Below, piece by piece: positions 37,716 through 50,435 of a stretch of 64,000 nt of DNA. Within the stretch, counting starts at the first letter, position 1. Each line of letters opens with the position of its first letter. Source of the DNA: Chiloscyllium plagiosum. Its lineage: Eukaryota. The position numbers and the translations under genes are program-made. The notes beneath the pieces were generated by a model. The model was given only the letters and a program-made list of their open reading frames with translations. It was not told the DNA's origin and made no database searches. The stretch spans positions 76,676,849-76,740,848 of the forward strand of contig NC_057719.1 in the NCBI RefSeq assembly GCF_004010195.1, read 5' to 3'.

Positions 37716-39589
37716 TCCATTGGCATAGGTACCACCATCTTCACGCTGATAGCTCAGCCTCACTCTATCTCTACTACTGCCTCCACCTCCTACCAAGGCT
37801 TATGGTCTCCTGCTCTCACTATTACTGCAACATTTTCCCTCACTCACTGTCACTGAATCCAACCCCCAATATATACCATGAACCCTGCATTGCCCTCAGC
37901 CCTTCCCACTGACTCACTTGGGACTCCTCCCCAATAGCTGTGTCATCCAGTTTCATCCACCATGGTACCAGCCTCTCTTGTTCCAGGGTGAAAACAGCCC
38001 AGTAGGACAGTGTCCGGCTGGATGGTATGCAGCCTGATACTCAGCTCCTATTCAGCCCCAATCAGCTGACTGACAAGGTCCAATCCCCTAGGGTGGTATT
38101 GGACACTGCCCTTGACTTACTGTGTCAGCCCCCCCAGAGTAAATGGTGCCGACTCCTTGATCTGACTGAAGTCTGCTGACAGTGCTGACCAGCACGCTAC
38201 CTCTGTGTCTGTGCTAGACTGCAGCAAGATAGCAGTGATATGAGCCTGATATCGCTGGCTGACAGGGCAAAATGCACAAAGGCAATGTGAGGAGGAATTC
38301 AGTGAGCATCCAGCTCAGCTCAGAGTAAGTAAGTGCTGTGAGAGAGCAAAGAGCTCGGAGCTGCAGCCTGGTTCAGTCCCCGAGCTGGGGGTGTGTCCCT
38401 GAGCACATAGTGTCCTTACTTCAGCGTTACAATGAGAACATCAGTGTAGCCTGAGGGACAGCATTGAAGTGTAAAAATATCCTGTCAGTGGATCGGAGAT
38501 GTGCCACGACAGCTCTTAGAGGCTGGCACATGTCAGATGCCATTATCTGTGGATGTGAGGTGTGTGCCCATGGAGTGTGCCCTGAGACATGGGGGGGGGG
38601 TTCAAGTCTACCATGGGTGGGGGGGGGGCTCCTTCTGACCATGCAGTGAGCTGAATGCACCAGGGATTCACTCTGGTTTCTCGATGTCGAGCTTGTTTGG
38701 TGTGTTTGGTAAAATTGGACGCTAAATATTAATGAAGTGAGTTGTGGTGTTAATAACAAGCTGCAATCCCCAATAACTGGCAGCTCACTGCTGCCTAGCA
38801 AGAAATGCTGCTGCTCAGCAAAATTATAAAAGGTGCAACAAGGTGCTCCTGATGTTGAGGTAGACCTCGCTGGACTCCTCACGGAGTTTTGCCACAAATC
38901 TCATGATGTTGCTCAGACTTCTGTAAGATTCTGCCATAAGTTCCTCAGTAAATACCTGGGAGTGAGAATGATGGAATCTTCTCACTGCAGCTTGAGCTCG
39001 GTGATAACCGCTTTGCCGTTGGATAAACATGTGGGACAGAATATGACGTACTGGATTGTGCAGGTGGCTCCAGCAGGATGTGCTCAGCTTGCTTCATCAA
39101 GGTAGTTCCTGGGAATTCGGAAAGTGCACTGGTCTGTGTAAAGAAATGTGTTAAATTCTTCAGTCATCCATTCCCAGCTGTTTATCACCTTAGACACAAA
39201 CAACAGCAGGTCATGACATTGCAAAACCCATAGAAGCCTCAGTGTGAGTAATGCTTAATTGCACTGAATGATTAAAGTTTATTCCACCATGCGATATGAT
39301 TCTGTATTCAATGTTGAAGTATCAACAACTCTATGAGGTACAGAATTTCAACAATTCACAACCTTTAAGAGATTGCTCCTTAACACAGTCCTAAATGATC
39401 AGTCCCTGATCCTGAGATTGAGACCTCATGTTTTAGATTCCACAAGAAGAAACAACCAGTCAGTATCTACCCAGACTCACTCTTACTCTTTGAAACACGA
39501 GTGAGTATAAGCCCATTTGCAGCCCATGGTGTCAGGGGAAGATCAGGGCCTGGATAGAGGATTGGCTGAATGGCAGAATCGCTGGACAT

Positions 39590-39998
39590 CAGAGTGCATC
39601 TGGGAAAATTAACAAACAGTGAATTTCACAGCTAATCTTGGAGGAGCCTGTTGGGCAAAGTTCACAGTACAGAATCAGATAAGTTAATCATTGTTTTAAG
39701 TCTGTCCAATAGAAAGGCTTTAGTAGTGAGTACAGTGGGTCTTTCTTGATTACATGATTTTGGAGATATGTCTCTTGATTAAACTTAAAATATAAGCCAT
39801 AACTATTAATTTAACCTTGGGCAGTGTTTTGTAGAGGAATAAGACGGTATTATTTTCTGGATCTGTAGATTGTGAAGGAGTAAAAATGGCCTTTGCAGTG
39901 ATATGTACTTCTTGTCAGATGGGGGAGTTTAAAGAGAGTTTAAGGCTTACTGCGGATTATATCTGCCATAAATGCTGTTGGCTGCAAATCTTATCAGA
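39590..39998 (+). mobile_element. CR1 5' end and ORF1 N-terminal zinc-finger fragment
   Basis: ATG at 39886 gives MAFAVICTSCQMGEFKESLRLTADYICHKCCWLQILS (CxxC..CxxC), truncated at the ERV junction. Confidence 0.7.
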
Positions 39999-41199
39999 GG
40001 CCAGATCAATGCACGAGAACCACTTATGGTCAGGGGTCAGCACAGACATCGCAGTGTAGGGGTTTGGAACTGGAACTGTTGGAGTAGAGACAACACTATT
40101 GATCCGTCTAAGATCATGCGCCATCCTATATCTGCCTGTATTCTGCTTCTCTACAGGTAAAATAGGAGTGTTCCAAGCTGAGTGGGAGGGTTCTAGCACC
40201 CCTGCTGCTAACAATCCTTCAATTGTGTCGGCAATGCCGGCTTCAGCCTCTGGTTTATATGAGTATTATCTCTGCCAAATCGGAGTGTGGTCTATTAAAT
40301 CAAATGTGATTGGTGTGACGTGTTTACAGTAACCAACGTCCGTTGAACTTGCTGACCACAAGGTGTCTGGTAGAGTATCAAGCATCGCTGCAGCCTGTAG
40401 ATGATCTGTTTTCTCCCTCCCATGAAACCTTTCAATCTGCCTATGTTCCAGCAGTACCTTGTCAGTTGTCCTGTACATAATTCTGTAGGCTTCCTCTGAT
40501 GGTGAATATTGTAAACCGGGTAACTGAGTCCACACCCAGTCTGTTAGCACCATCAAGTGTTTGGACACAGGTCCCAGATCCTTGGCCTGATAGTCAGCAT
40601 GCACGGCCAATGTGACATGAGGTATAGCTTCTTCAGACATCTCATACCATTCCAACTGTTCTGCAGTTAATTCAACAACACCCGCCATACCTTCGTTTCC
40701 AAGCAGAATCCAACTGGAGGAAATATCCCATTGAGTCCCTTCTAGATGCTGATAGAATGCATGCTGATAAATTTCATTATCATCTCTATCATAATATAAA
40801 GTAACATGAAGGAGATCTGCAGGAGGAGCATAAGGATGCAGCATCTGAACCCAGGGTCGCCATTGGTTGTATAAAGACTGTATGCCATTGTTCTGCCCGT
40901 TTTCAGGTTCGAGGAGTCCCCAGTATATATCTGCCCACTGTCCTTCTGCCATTGGTGATGTGTCTGGTGATAACATCATTTGGGATCCAGAATGAATCAT
41001 TGTCATAGAACAGTTGACCGAATGGCCATTTGGAAAGGTCACTACCAGTCCGTCTGGTCCGCACAGAACCGAGACCCCACATCTCACCAGCAAGTCACGT
41101 CCCATCAGATTCACAGGGCATGCAGGTGATGAAATATATGACCCTCATTTGCATATAGGGGTCTGCCAACCCCACATGCCCCTGGGTTCTCGGGCCCCG
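39999..41199 (-). pseudogene. pol: ERV pol 5' part: deleted protease, 2H-phosphoesterase-like domain, RT N-terminus
   Basis: CPVNLMGRDLL (protease C-terminus), two HVTL motifs, and RT motifs WNTPILPVEK, YRMAHDLRRIN, VPNPY and FSCIDLA. Confidence 0.93.
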
Positions 41200-42790
41200 T
41201 CAATATTCATACCCCTGCCCTTCCGGCATAGTTTGGGCGTACTGTCCTTGCACTGGGGCTGCAGTTGCATTTGTGACTTGTTAAGGCTGAACAGCCTGTT
41301 GAAGAGGAGGCTGACTTGCACGGAGATACCGTCCTCGGATCAATCCCTGGCCTCCCTGGGTTCCCCACAACATGGGACAATCCCTTCTCCAATGCCCGGG
41401 TTGGCCACATTCAAAACAGGTGTTGGGTGGCTGACCTCTAAATCCTCCGCGGCCCCTTCCTCTACCACGCATTCCCCCTGGTACACCTATAGGTCTGCCC
41501 CCATATTGGGGGTAGGGTGGCATCCAATCAGATGTTGGGTTTAAACTCGGCGGGTTGTTTTGTGGCAACGGCCGTTGAACCATCTGATTAGTCGTCTTTT
41601 GGGAGGCCTTCTTTGTATCATTAGCCCTCCTCCTAGCCTCATCGAGCTGTAACTTCAGCAACTGCACTTGAGCTGACTCATTGCTCTGTTTATCTNNNNN
41701 NNNNNNNNNNNNNNNNNNNNNNNNNNNNNNNNNNNNNNNNNNNNNNNNNNNNNNNNNNNNNNNNNNNNNNGTCTTTTGGGAGGCCTTCTTTGTATCATTA
41801 ACCTTTCTTCTAGCCTCATCGAGCTGTAACTTCAGCAACTCCACTTGAGCTGACTCATTGCTCTGTTTATCCTGATCCTGTTTTGTCCTGTAACGCTTCA
41901 TGTGGTGCGTCAAATGTTTTTCCCACTGTTCTGTAGAACAACCTGGGATGTCAGGATTACTCTCCATTGCCTCTTTTACTTCCTTGGGCATCCCTGCCAT
42001 AACGGCATTCCTAAATAACGTGGTCTGTAGCTGACCCGACCCTGGATGGCTCCCCGCAGTATCTGCCCACGTGCTCTTACACATAGCCAAAAAGACAGAC
42101 ATATCCTCACCCTCCTTCATTGTGAGGGTGAGTGAGTGCATCGCTCCAGGTGGAATCGGGAATCTCTCCCTCATTGCCCTTCCCACACAGGTGGCATGCT
42201 ATGCAAACGGGTCCGAATCAGGTAATAAGGTGGTCTCCACAGACACTTCAATCTGCTGTATTTCCCACATACTCAATTGCTTACCCAACAATGCTCTCCA
42301 GTCGCCCATAGCTAACTTGTGGCCTAGTGTATATTGGGAAAATTTTGTCATCCAGGGCCCACCTCCCTCCATGGGTGGGGGCATTTTATCCAGGATGCAG
42401 TTCATATCAGTATATGTGAAGGGCTGATAAACATTCTCCAGATAAGAGACTCTGTAAATTAATGGCATTTGGTGGTGCTGATACTTTATNNNNNNNNNNN
42501 NNNNNNNNNNNNNNNNNNNNNNNNNNNNNNNNNNNNNNNNNNNNNNNNNNNNNNNNNNNNNNNNNNNNNNNNNNNNNNNNNNNNNNNNNNNNNNNNNNNN
42601 NNNNNNNNNNNNNNNNNNNNNNNNNNNNNNNNNNNNNNNNNNNNNNNNNNNNNNNGTTTGCTTCCTACGCTTCCTTAACCCTCTGATCAACTTCTAGTGT
42701 TAATTTTTCTACTTTTCTGATGCTTTCTTCTACAGCTTCCGCCAGTCTCTGTTTTACTACGTTGTACTCTCTTGTTCCTACTTCTTGCAT
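41200..42790 (-). pseudogene. gag: ERV gag (two N gaps, premature stops)
   Basis: Lies between PBS and protease. Capsid-like YQPFTYTDM..LDKMPPPMEGGGPW and NC knuckle CFECGQPGHWRRDC. Terminal TGA at 41200-41202. The start ATG at 42790 is tentative. Confidence 0.88.
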
Positions 42791-42925
42791 ATCTCCAATT
42801 GCAGAACTTCAATATAAACAGGCGTCTGCTCACTTTTTTTTTATGTGGCGCCGCTTGTTGTTGTCATCAAACGTCAGTTGTCCGTTGTTTCTATTTTTCT
42901 TTCTTTCCGTCACATCTCCGTCTTC

Positions 42926-42943
42926 ATCACGTCGGGGTCACCA
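42926..42943 (-). promoter_or_regulatory. Primer-binding site, tRNA-Trp
   Basis: TGGTGACCCCGACGTGAT, 3 nt after the LTR CA, complementary to the 3' 18 nt of vertebrate tRNA-Trp. Confidence 0.95.
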
Positions 42944-42946
42944 ATT

Positions 42947-43500
42947 TGATGGACTTTGGCTCAATCTACCAACTTACTTTCTTCTATGTGTGAGCCAAGT
43001 CCTGCGTGTTCTTTTAAATGAAGCAATAGGAGAAGATATTCGGTCTCACACTCTTAATTTATTTTAAACAGTAAGTGGATGAAGCATTCAGAGCTCTGGG
43101 TCTAAACCTTTCTGTCCCTGACAAAACTACAAAGTTGCCAGTTCAAAAAGTAAGACCCCGTTCTGTCCCTGACCCAGTCTTTTTATATTATAAAAAACAT
43201 CATACAAACACTGAGGTAGAATTATCTTCTGATTGGCTGTTGATCTGACTCCATTCTCCGCCTCCTCACATTCCCGGATGTCCGACCCCACGTGCCCTTC
43301 TTTTGCCCGCGAAACAGAGCTTCACATGACCTCCTCGGCCCGCGAAACGGAACGTCACGTGACCGCCCCGCACTCTTCCGGGCCGCGAAACGGAACGTCA
43401 CGTGACCGCCTTCTGCGTGCGTTACACAACGTCACCACAGGCTTCCGAATGCTGAATACATTTACACTCGCAGCCAGCCTTCTGTTTTACAAGTAAGCCA
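42947..43500 (-). repeat. ERV 5' LTR (554 bp) with CCAAT, TATA and polyA signal
   Basis: On the minus strand: CCAAT 43232-43236, TATAAA 43182-43187, AATAAA 43058-43063. Ends ...CCATCA before the PBS. Confidence 0.95.
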
Positions 43501-46287
43501 CCCAGGCACATGAACCAGGGAGGGTCACAAGTCTTAGCAAAATCATCAATGTGCAATTTGATGTCATTATCTGACATCAAACTTTTGCACTGACTTGAAG
43601 AACGATCCCTTTCTTGATATAAAATATGACAATTCCGTTGCCACTTGTCAGTACAGAAGTGAATGGTCATGGTAAAATGCCAGAAATATATCTTTGTAAC
43701 AAATATGTGTGCAATGGGGTGGCAACAAAAGCTGAGCTAAGAATTTCGATTTAACTAATGATAATCTCAGGTTACCTCTCGTAAGGCATATTCCGAGTTG
43801 ATTTCCTCCTGTTAGAGCCTGTTTCCTTCTCTCTCTTTCTTTTTTCCCTCTCGCATATTCTTATCTCCTCCCCTCTTTCTCGCTCACACGTTTCTTTTCC
43901 TCACCCTCCCTGTGTCTCTTACCATTCTTCCCCTATGTGCCTTGCTCTGTTCCCTTTAAGTTCAAGAAAATAATCCACTCTGCTTTGTGCTCGGAAAGTT
44001 TCCACCAGCACTACTTCTCCCCCAGCTAAGATTTTGCATTGAAATGAAAGTGCTCAAGATTTTTCTTTCCCAGAGGGACTTACAGGCAATTTGGTAAAAG
44101 GTAATTTCACTTTTAAAAATGAAATGGAATAGGAATAAGTTGGACCAAACCAAAGGCCTATTTCTTGTCCACTCACCACCCTGGGCTGTTGTCATACTCC
44201 CCTCCACGCCAGACTGCCCATGACAGGCTCCTATTCCTGAACACAGCTGTAAACTCATTGCCCCTGCTCTAGGCCTTGGGCTGCACTTCATTTCAATTCA
44301 TTCATGGGGTGAGGGCATCGCTTGCTAGGCTTGCATTTATTGGCCATGCCTAATCGCCCAGAGGGCAGTTAAGAGTCAACCACATTGCTGGAATTACATG
44401 TAGGCCAGACCAGGTAAGGATGGCAGTTTCCTTCCTAAAAGCACCTTAGTGAACCAGACAGGTTTTCCTAATAATCGACAATTGACTGTCATTAGACTCC
44501 TCGATTCCAAATTTTTATTGAATTCAAATTCAAAACTCTGGACTAACAGTCCAGCAATGATGCCACTGTGCCGTCACCTCCAGCTGCTCATGCCTCCAGG
44601 TCTCAGAAACCTTAAGGGTCCAGGCCTCAGGCTCCGGGCCTTGGACAACTCAAGGATCCAGTTGTGAGTAAGGGTGACTCAACCTGAAACATTAAATCTG
44701 ATTTCTCTCCACTGCTGCTGCCAGACTTACTGAGCTTTTCCAGCAACTTCTGTTTTTGTTTTTGATTTACAACATCTACAGGTTCTTTCAGTTATTGTCA
44801 AGGATCCAGGCCTCAGTCTGCTCATGGCTCCTCCAACCACAGGCTGGTTCTCTCCTGTGTTTGTTGCTGATATGCTCATCATTTCACCAGCAGTAACACA
44901 CATGGCGGAGAAATAGCCTCTAATTGGAAGTGCAGTGACTTACAAACCCTTTCACTTACACTCAACTATGCTTGAAACTCCAGCTTCAAATAAAACATAA
45001 ATGAAACAAATTTAAAAATTCCAAATGCAATAAACTTTCACTTTATATAATTTTTGATCTGGTATGGGAATATACAATTATTAATAATGTGTAGAATCTA
45101 CAGGATGCATGGCAGAAATTAATCAAAGATCCTTAGATAGCACCTTCCAAAACCATGAACAAGGATAGCAGGTACATGGGAACAAAATCACCCGGACATT
45201 CCCCTCCAAGCCACTTACCATCCTGACTTGGAAATATATCAATATTCCTTCATTGTCGCTGGGTCAAAATCCTGGAATTCTCTCCCTAATGGCATTGTTG
45301 GTCAACTCAAGGCAGATAGGCTGCAGCAGTTCAAGAAGGCACCATCTTCTGAAGGGCAAATAGGGACTGGCAATAAAATGGTGGCCAGCCAGCGATGCCC
45401 ACATCCCATTAATAAAAACTCTATGAATAAGCTGTAAATTCATCCACCTGTAAAGCAGGCATCAGACCAAATGTGACTTACTCGCCATAGGTTAGGAAAA
45501 CCTAGGGTATATTGTTAGGTCAGATTTTTGTACTTTAGTCTGTTAGCTGGGTATATCCACCCTGGTAGATCCAGACAGATCTAATTTTCAGTGTGGGCGA
45601 TGGGATGTTGTGGGCTGTGAGGTTCATGTAGACAGGATACAGACAACCGGTTTTGGGTCTCCGAGAGTTCATCCCAATTGTTTGATTACATTTTAGGCCA
45701 TATAGCTCTTACCCCTCACACATACCCCTTACCTATGCCAACTCATGCACCCCCTGCATAGTGCAGTGGCCCCTCATATCTCATACGCAATGACTCATGG
45801 CCAATTGATTTCAATGCCCATGTACCCAATATCAATTCTGCAACACCACCAATGAATCCGAGAGAAAAATTGCATATTCTGAAAAAAATTGATTTGTAAT
45901 TTTCTGCAGGAATGAAATTAGGAAATTCTTCTGCTTAGAATAGCGGCCACATTGGCTTTCATAAATGAGCAACTAAAATTTTAAAAAATAGTCATTTTAT
46001 AGTCGTTTGATAGGATTTTGGTCAGCGGTAAGTATTTTGGTAATAACTAAAGATCTGGAAATAAAGGCAGGAATGCGGAGTTAAGTCACAGATCAGCGAT
46101 GATGTTGTTGAACAGTGGCACAGGTTCAAAAGGGATAAATGGTCCTGCTCCTGTTTCTGTAGTTCCAATTCTCATTTATGGAAACATCAAGAGTTGGGCA
46201 AGGGATGATGAGTGAGTTCAGTTGTGTGGTAGATTATTGGATAGCATGAATCAAATGTTCATACCTTTATTCTTAATTTGACCTCTT

Positions 46288-47470
46288 AGAGTAATAGAAT
46301 CAGACAGCACGGAAACAGACTCTTTCGTCCAACTCATCCACGTTGACCGGGTTTCCTAAACTTAACCAGTCCTATTTGCCTGCGTTTGGCCCATATCCCT
46401 CTGAACCATTTCTATTCCTGTACCTGTCCAAATATCTTTTAAATGTTGTAATTGCATCCGCTTTTACCACTTTCTCTGGCAGCTCGTTCCACACACGCAC
46501 CACCCTCTGTGTGAAAAAGTTGCCCCTCAGGTCCCTTTTAAATCTTTTCCTTCTCACCTTAAATCTATACCCTCTAGTTTTGGACTCCCCTACCCTGGGG
46601 AAAAGACCATGGCTATTCACCTTATCCGTGTCTCTCATGATTTAATAAACCTCGACAAAGGTCGCCCCTCAACCCCCTCATGCTCCAGGGAAAAAGTCCC
46701 AGCCTATCCTTGTAACTCAAACCCTCCATTCCCAGCAACATCTTGGTAAATTCTTTGTGCACCCTTACCAGTTTTACGCAGTATTCTAAAAGTGGCATCA
46801 CCAATGTCTTGTACAGCCTCAATATGATGTCCCAACTCCTATACTCAATGTTCTGCCCAGTGAAGCCAAGAATGCCAAACGTCTTCTTCGCTATTCTGTC
46901 TACTTGTGCTGCTCCTGCACCCTTAGTCTCTCTGTTTAACAACACTCCCCAGGTCCCTATCATTGACTTCATAAGTCCTGCCCTGGTTTGTCTTACCGAA
47001 ATGCAACACCTTGCATTTACCTAAATTAAACTCCATCTGCCATTCCTCGGCTCACTGCCCAGCTGATATTATCGTTCTCTTAGATAACCTTCTTCATTGC
47101 TCACTAAACCACCAATTTAGGTGTCATCTGCAAACCTACTAACCATACATCCTATATCCTCAACGAAATCATTTATATAAATGAATGAACAACAGTGGAC
47201 TCAGCACTGATCCTTGCTGCACACTGCTGGTCACAGACCTGTAGCCCGAAAAGCAACCCTTTACCATCACCGTCTGTCTCCTACTGCCAAGCCAATTTTG
47301 TATCCAATTGGCTAGCTCTCCCTGGATCTCATGTGGATCTAACCTTACTAACCAGTCTATCCTGCGGAACCTTGTTGAAGGCCTTGCTGAAGTTCATATA
47401 GGCAACATCCTTTGGCTTTGCCTTCATCTATCTTCTTGGTCTTTGTCTACAAGAAAATCAATCAAGTCTT
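46288..47470 (-). mobile_element. CR1 LINE RT and 3' fragment
   Basis: FADDT region, IEYRSWDIILRLYKTLVMPLLEYCV and FKRDLRGNFFTQRVVRVWNELP. Confidence 0.9.
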
Positions 47471-50119
47471 TCACAAGATCATTGCACTTACTAGTCTTTT
47501 GATACCAAAATGGTCTTTTGGGTAGACTCATGGTATTGATTTCCTTTGCTACCTAAACTCATTCCCCTCAGATCATTGATAACCTCTTGACTTCCTTCAG
47601 AAACACTGCCCTTTCTCCTCTGTATTCTCCAAGACTAAGACCTCTCGTATTGCATTCCTGAACTTGCCCATAAGGGAAGTGCTATTAAAACAGCAGCAGT
47701 ACTTGAAACTGAATGTACGTGTCATACTCGTCCTCCATTTTAAAGTTAGACAATCTGTCTTGTCCAAATTGTACAGGATTTGCCTTTGCGTGGGCTCTTT
47801 CACTCTGCCTGGAGGGATCAATCTTCTTTGTTTCTAATTGCAGTCAATTGCAGTATTTGCATTCATGAGTCCTATCCTTTCTGTCAATGCTGCTGTTCTT
47901 TCAGAGGGATAGGCAGCCTTTAAGAGCTGGAGGCTAGCTGGAAGAAGAATTAATCTCTCTTGCTGTTAGGCTCCCCGTTGAGTGTAGAGCCAGCAGACAG
48001 CATGAGTTGTACTTGACCGTACACCACAATCAGACAAATGAGGAGCCATCACAAAGATTCTCAGTTGCCTGCATGAATGGGACTGGACATGGGTAGCTTG
48101 CAAATCACAACTTCTGGCCCCCAAACTGGGTACGCAGCAAGCTCTTTCTCCTCATTGCTCAACTGTTTCCAAAGCTCCAAAAACCACCAAGGACACAAAG
48201 CAAATATCAGTGTTGCCGACGGGTTAAGGAGAAGCTGGTCCTAGGAATTAAAATCAAGCCTCTAAATCTGTATCAGCTAAACACAGAATAGGTAATCAAG
48301 AGGAAATCCTGCAAGAAACACGGAGCATTGGGATATTATATCCTGTATCAGTAGAATGTCGAAGCTGCAATAAATTGGCTTGATATTTTCTTTAATACCT
48401 TTTAAGCCCCAATTCTAGCATTAAGTCCTGTACTTCTTTAACATTTCAAGTGTGTTAGCCCCATACCAGTGCAGCATTTTGTGATTTTGCACACAATCAG
48501 GTTGCTAACTGTCGCGGAACAATTTCCGAAGAGTTTCACATGATTGCCCAACAAAAGAAATTGCAAAGCTATAGGAAAGGGCAGACAAGTAGCACTAGGT
48601 TAAATGCCGTTGCAAAGATCTTGGTACAGACATGATGGACCAAATGGCATCCTTTTGCACTGAAACTATTTTATCAGTCTATACAGTTAAATAGTCTTTT
48701 TTCTCATCTCCAAAATTTTATTACTAACATATTAATGTGTTCAAAGATAATAAAAATGTAATTTGCGATACACCTTAAATGTTTTCATTTGGCAGTGCTC
48801 AGGAGGTTGAACTTTGAAAAACAATCCAGTCGAATTGACGTCTCAAACACAAGATTGCCCACATTCTATCCGGCTCAGCTTGTTCATGTAGTGCTGAATT
48901 CAGGGCGATTTCACACTATGGGCTAAAACCACTATATCAATATTGATACAACTCACCATTCATAGGTAAACACAGCAAGCTTCCAAACACTTCACTCCGT
49001 TTTGGCAATGTTTGTATAATTAATAGCTTTGTGGTGTCACGTCAAAGTATCTGATGAATATGTTCTTAACACTGGAAGTTTTCCTTGTTTGTCACTGAAC
49101 TTAATGACAAAAATGCAGCCACCAGGAACTGGCCTGAGAATGGCCCAAATTAGTTCAGACACAACCCTTATGGTTGATAATTCCTTTACTCCCATTTGAA
49201 GAAAAAGCAATATCCTGGAAACCCAAATTCAAGCCATTTCTCTCTCCTGATGCCTAAAAATGCTATTCATCTGACTGATCAAGCATGCATTCAACATTTC
49301 TGCTGTTAGTGGTACAGAACACTGGATGAGAGGGGCAAAAGTGTTGGGAAAAAGTCACGGTGCTTAATAATGTTACAATGATGGATTAATCAGTCTTTCC
49401 CTCTGTGTGCTCCTAATCTTTTTAAGTTTGTGTTTTACTCAGTCTCACAGATCTCTTTAGGAGTTAAAAAAGTAAGGGTTAAGAAACTCATTGAGGTAGA
49501 GGGTGGTGTGTACTGTTTACTCCCTCTGTGCATTATTCGAGTATCTTCCACATCCTAGTAAGCTTGAATGACCCTTTCACTTGTACCTGGAATGCTCTGG
49601 GAATCTGTTGGAGGCAGGTTCAATTGCAGCTTTCAAGAGAGAATTGGATCATTATCTGAAGAGGGAAAATTTGCAGAGCTACAGGGCAAAGAGTGACATC
49701 AGATGAATTGATTTTGCAGCAAGACACACAGAATAAAACGTTTGGCCTCCTCATACGCTTTTGAAAAGAAACCAATAACTAATTTAAACAGTCATGCACT
49801 GTAACAAAAAAAAATCAACAAGTTAATGGAAATTTATTAAAGAAGAACAGAAACTTACCAAATGTAAATTAAAATGTTATTTTTGGAGATGGTGATGATG
49901 ATGCATTGCAGCCCCAGTGTTCATTTAGGACCTGTAGTGACTGGTGAACTCCGCAAGCTCCTACTCCAGGGACACCAACTACAGACATAGCTGCAGACAG
50001 CCAGGAACTACAGCCCCCGCCACAGCCACTGTCTGAAGCACCTTGACCAGACACAGGAATAAACCTGAGAAGAAGCCCTCTAATCTGCCAACCCCTCTCT
50101 GCATGGAGTTTAAGGAGGG

Positions 50120-50435
50120 TGGTGCGGTGGGTTTGAGTCCAGGATTGGGTGACTGTCTGTATTGAGTTTGTACATTTGCCCTGTGCCTGCATGGGTTTCC
50201 TCCAGGTGCTCTGGTTTCCTCCCACAATCCAAAGATGTGCAGGTTAGGTGAATTGGCCATGCTAAATTGCCCATAGTGTTCAGGGATCTGTAGGTTAGGT
50301 GTATTAGTCAGGGGTAAATATAGGATAATAGGGTAGGGGAATGGGTCTGGGTGGGTCACTCTTCAGAGGGTCAGTGTGGATTTGTTGGGCCGAAGGGCCT
50401 GTTTCCACACTGCAGGGATTCTATGATTCTATGAA
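50120..50435 (+). mobile_element. HE1-like SINE
   Basis: GGTTTCCTCCCACAATCCAAAGATGTGCAGGTTAGGTGAATTGGCCATGCTAAATTGCCC core and a CTATGATT tail. Confidence 0.85.

Larger units (their letters stand above)
32397..43500 (-). mobile_element. Defective endogenous retrovirus, class I (gamma/epsilon-like) provirus
   Basis: Direct LTRs at 32397-33002 and 42947-43500, tRNA-Trp PBS, PPT, and gag/pro/pol/env remnants colinear on the minus strand. Confidence 0.97.

Noticed and set aside
41595..41875. Repeated gag segment DKQSNESAQV.LLKLQLDEARR
   Set aside because: The two copies flank an N gap. They differ at a few bases, but a real tandem repeat cannot be told from an assembly overlap.
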